A DNA stretch of 64,000 nt from a virus: positions 13,211 through 77,210 of the IMG/VR virus record IMGVR_UViG_3300020129_000672, one strand, 5' to 3'. The notes under the pieces are model-generated. The model was given only the letters and a program-made list of their open reading frames with translations. It had not been told where the DNA came from and ran no database searches. Of the stretch, positions 63,604 to 64,000 are shown one piece after another (position 1 is the first letter of the stretch; each line of letters begins with the position of its first letter). A program made the position numbers and the translations under genes.

Positions 63604-64000
63604 GTGGTGATTTTATTTTGAGTTAAGTGTGAGAGGACCAATGCGCGGGCGAACCCGCATGGTACGGCATTACCGATCTGCTTCACCTGCTCTGTCTTAT
63701 TGCCCGTGAACTTGTAGTCGACGGGGAATCCCTGGGCGCCCGCCAGTTCTGACGGTTTTAACATCCGGAACTTGATGTCCAACCGGTAGGTCTCACCGTC
63801 GATCACGACCTCCGGTTGGACCAGTCCGTATCGGTCCTTCGTCGTCAATGTATCGAACGGAAGATCGATGCTACGGCTGCCGCCCGTTCGGTTGTACTTC
63901 ATCAGGTAGGGTTCGACCAGCGCGATCGCCCCATCGCAGCTGACGGTCGGGCACGGTTCACTCACCGGCCGCAACCGACCTGTGCTTTGCTGTGGTAGCA
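63600..64000 (-). CDS. C5 cytosine DNA methyltransferase (C-terminal part; 5' end outside window)
   Basis: Motifs IX/X: FRMLKPSELAGAQGFP.DY.FTG...VKQIGNAVP. Confidence 0.9.
   Translation of the reverse strand, partial: LPQQSTGRLRPVSEPCPTVSCDGAIALVEPYLMKYNRTGGSRSIDLPFDTLTTKDRYGLVQPEVVIDGETYRLDIKFRMLKPSELAGAQGFPVDYKFTGNKTEQVKQIGNAVPCGFARALVLSHLTQNKITT

Noticed and set aside
1-64000. tRNA genes and CRISPR arrays
   Set aside because: No cloverleaf with proper T/D arms and no regularly spaced repeats found by eye.

Overview
The window is a ~64 kb piece of a GC-rich dsDNA tailed phage, probably podovirus-like, truncated at both ends. It has four parts. (i) 1-15.6 kb is an early/accessory region of small genes. 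Many are preceded by a -35/-10 pair ending 6-7 nt before the start codon (apparently leaderless), and a palindrome CTTTCC-N8-GGAAAG recurs 7 times. This part also holds several small RNAs and a highly structured non-coding RNA of ~1 kb whose 3' helices appear to enclose an HNH-AP2 endonuclease gene. (ii) 15.7-24.4 kb is replication/recombination: SSB, Rad50/SMC-like ATPase, UvrD, DnaC-like loader, DnaB, an Acb2/Tad1-like protein, SWIM, HNH and RuvC-like proteins. (iii) 24.4-61.1 kb has an inverted terminase large subunit, then portal, scaffold, major capsid, Ig-like proteins, two tailspike/fibre proteins with apparent Sec signal peptides, holin-like genes invaded by a GIY-YIG endonuclease, adaptor, nozzle, ejection proteins and a 2722-aa internal virion protein. 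(iv) 61-64 kb on the minus strand has an HTH protein, a tyrosine recombinase lacking the first catalytic Arg, a PAPS-reductase-like protein, a 3D-domain protein and a C5 DNA methyltransferase. Thr-Asn-rich exported proteins, a Tat signal and one TGTTC-N4-GAACA box hint at a Verrucomicrobia/PVC host (inference). All calls come from reading motifs by eye; no searches were run.
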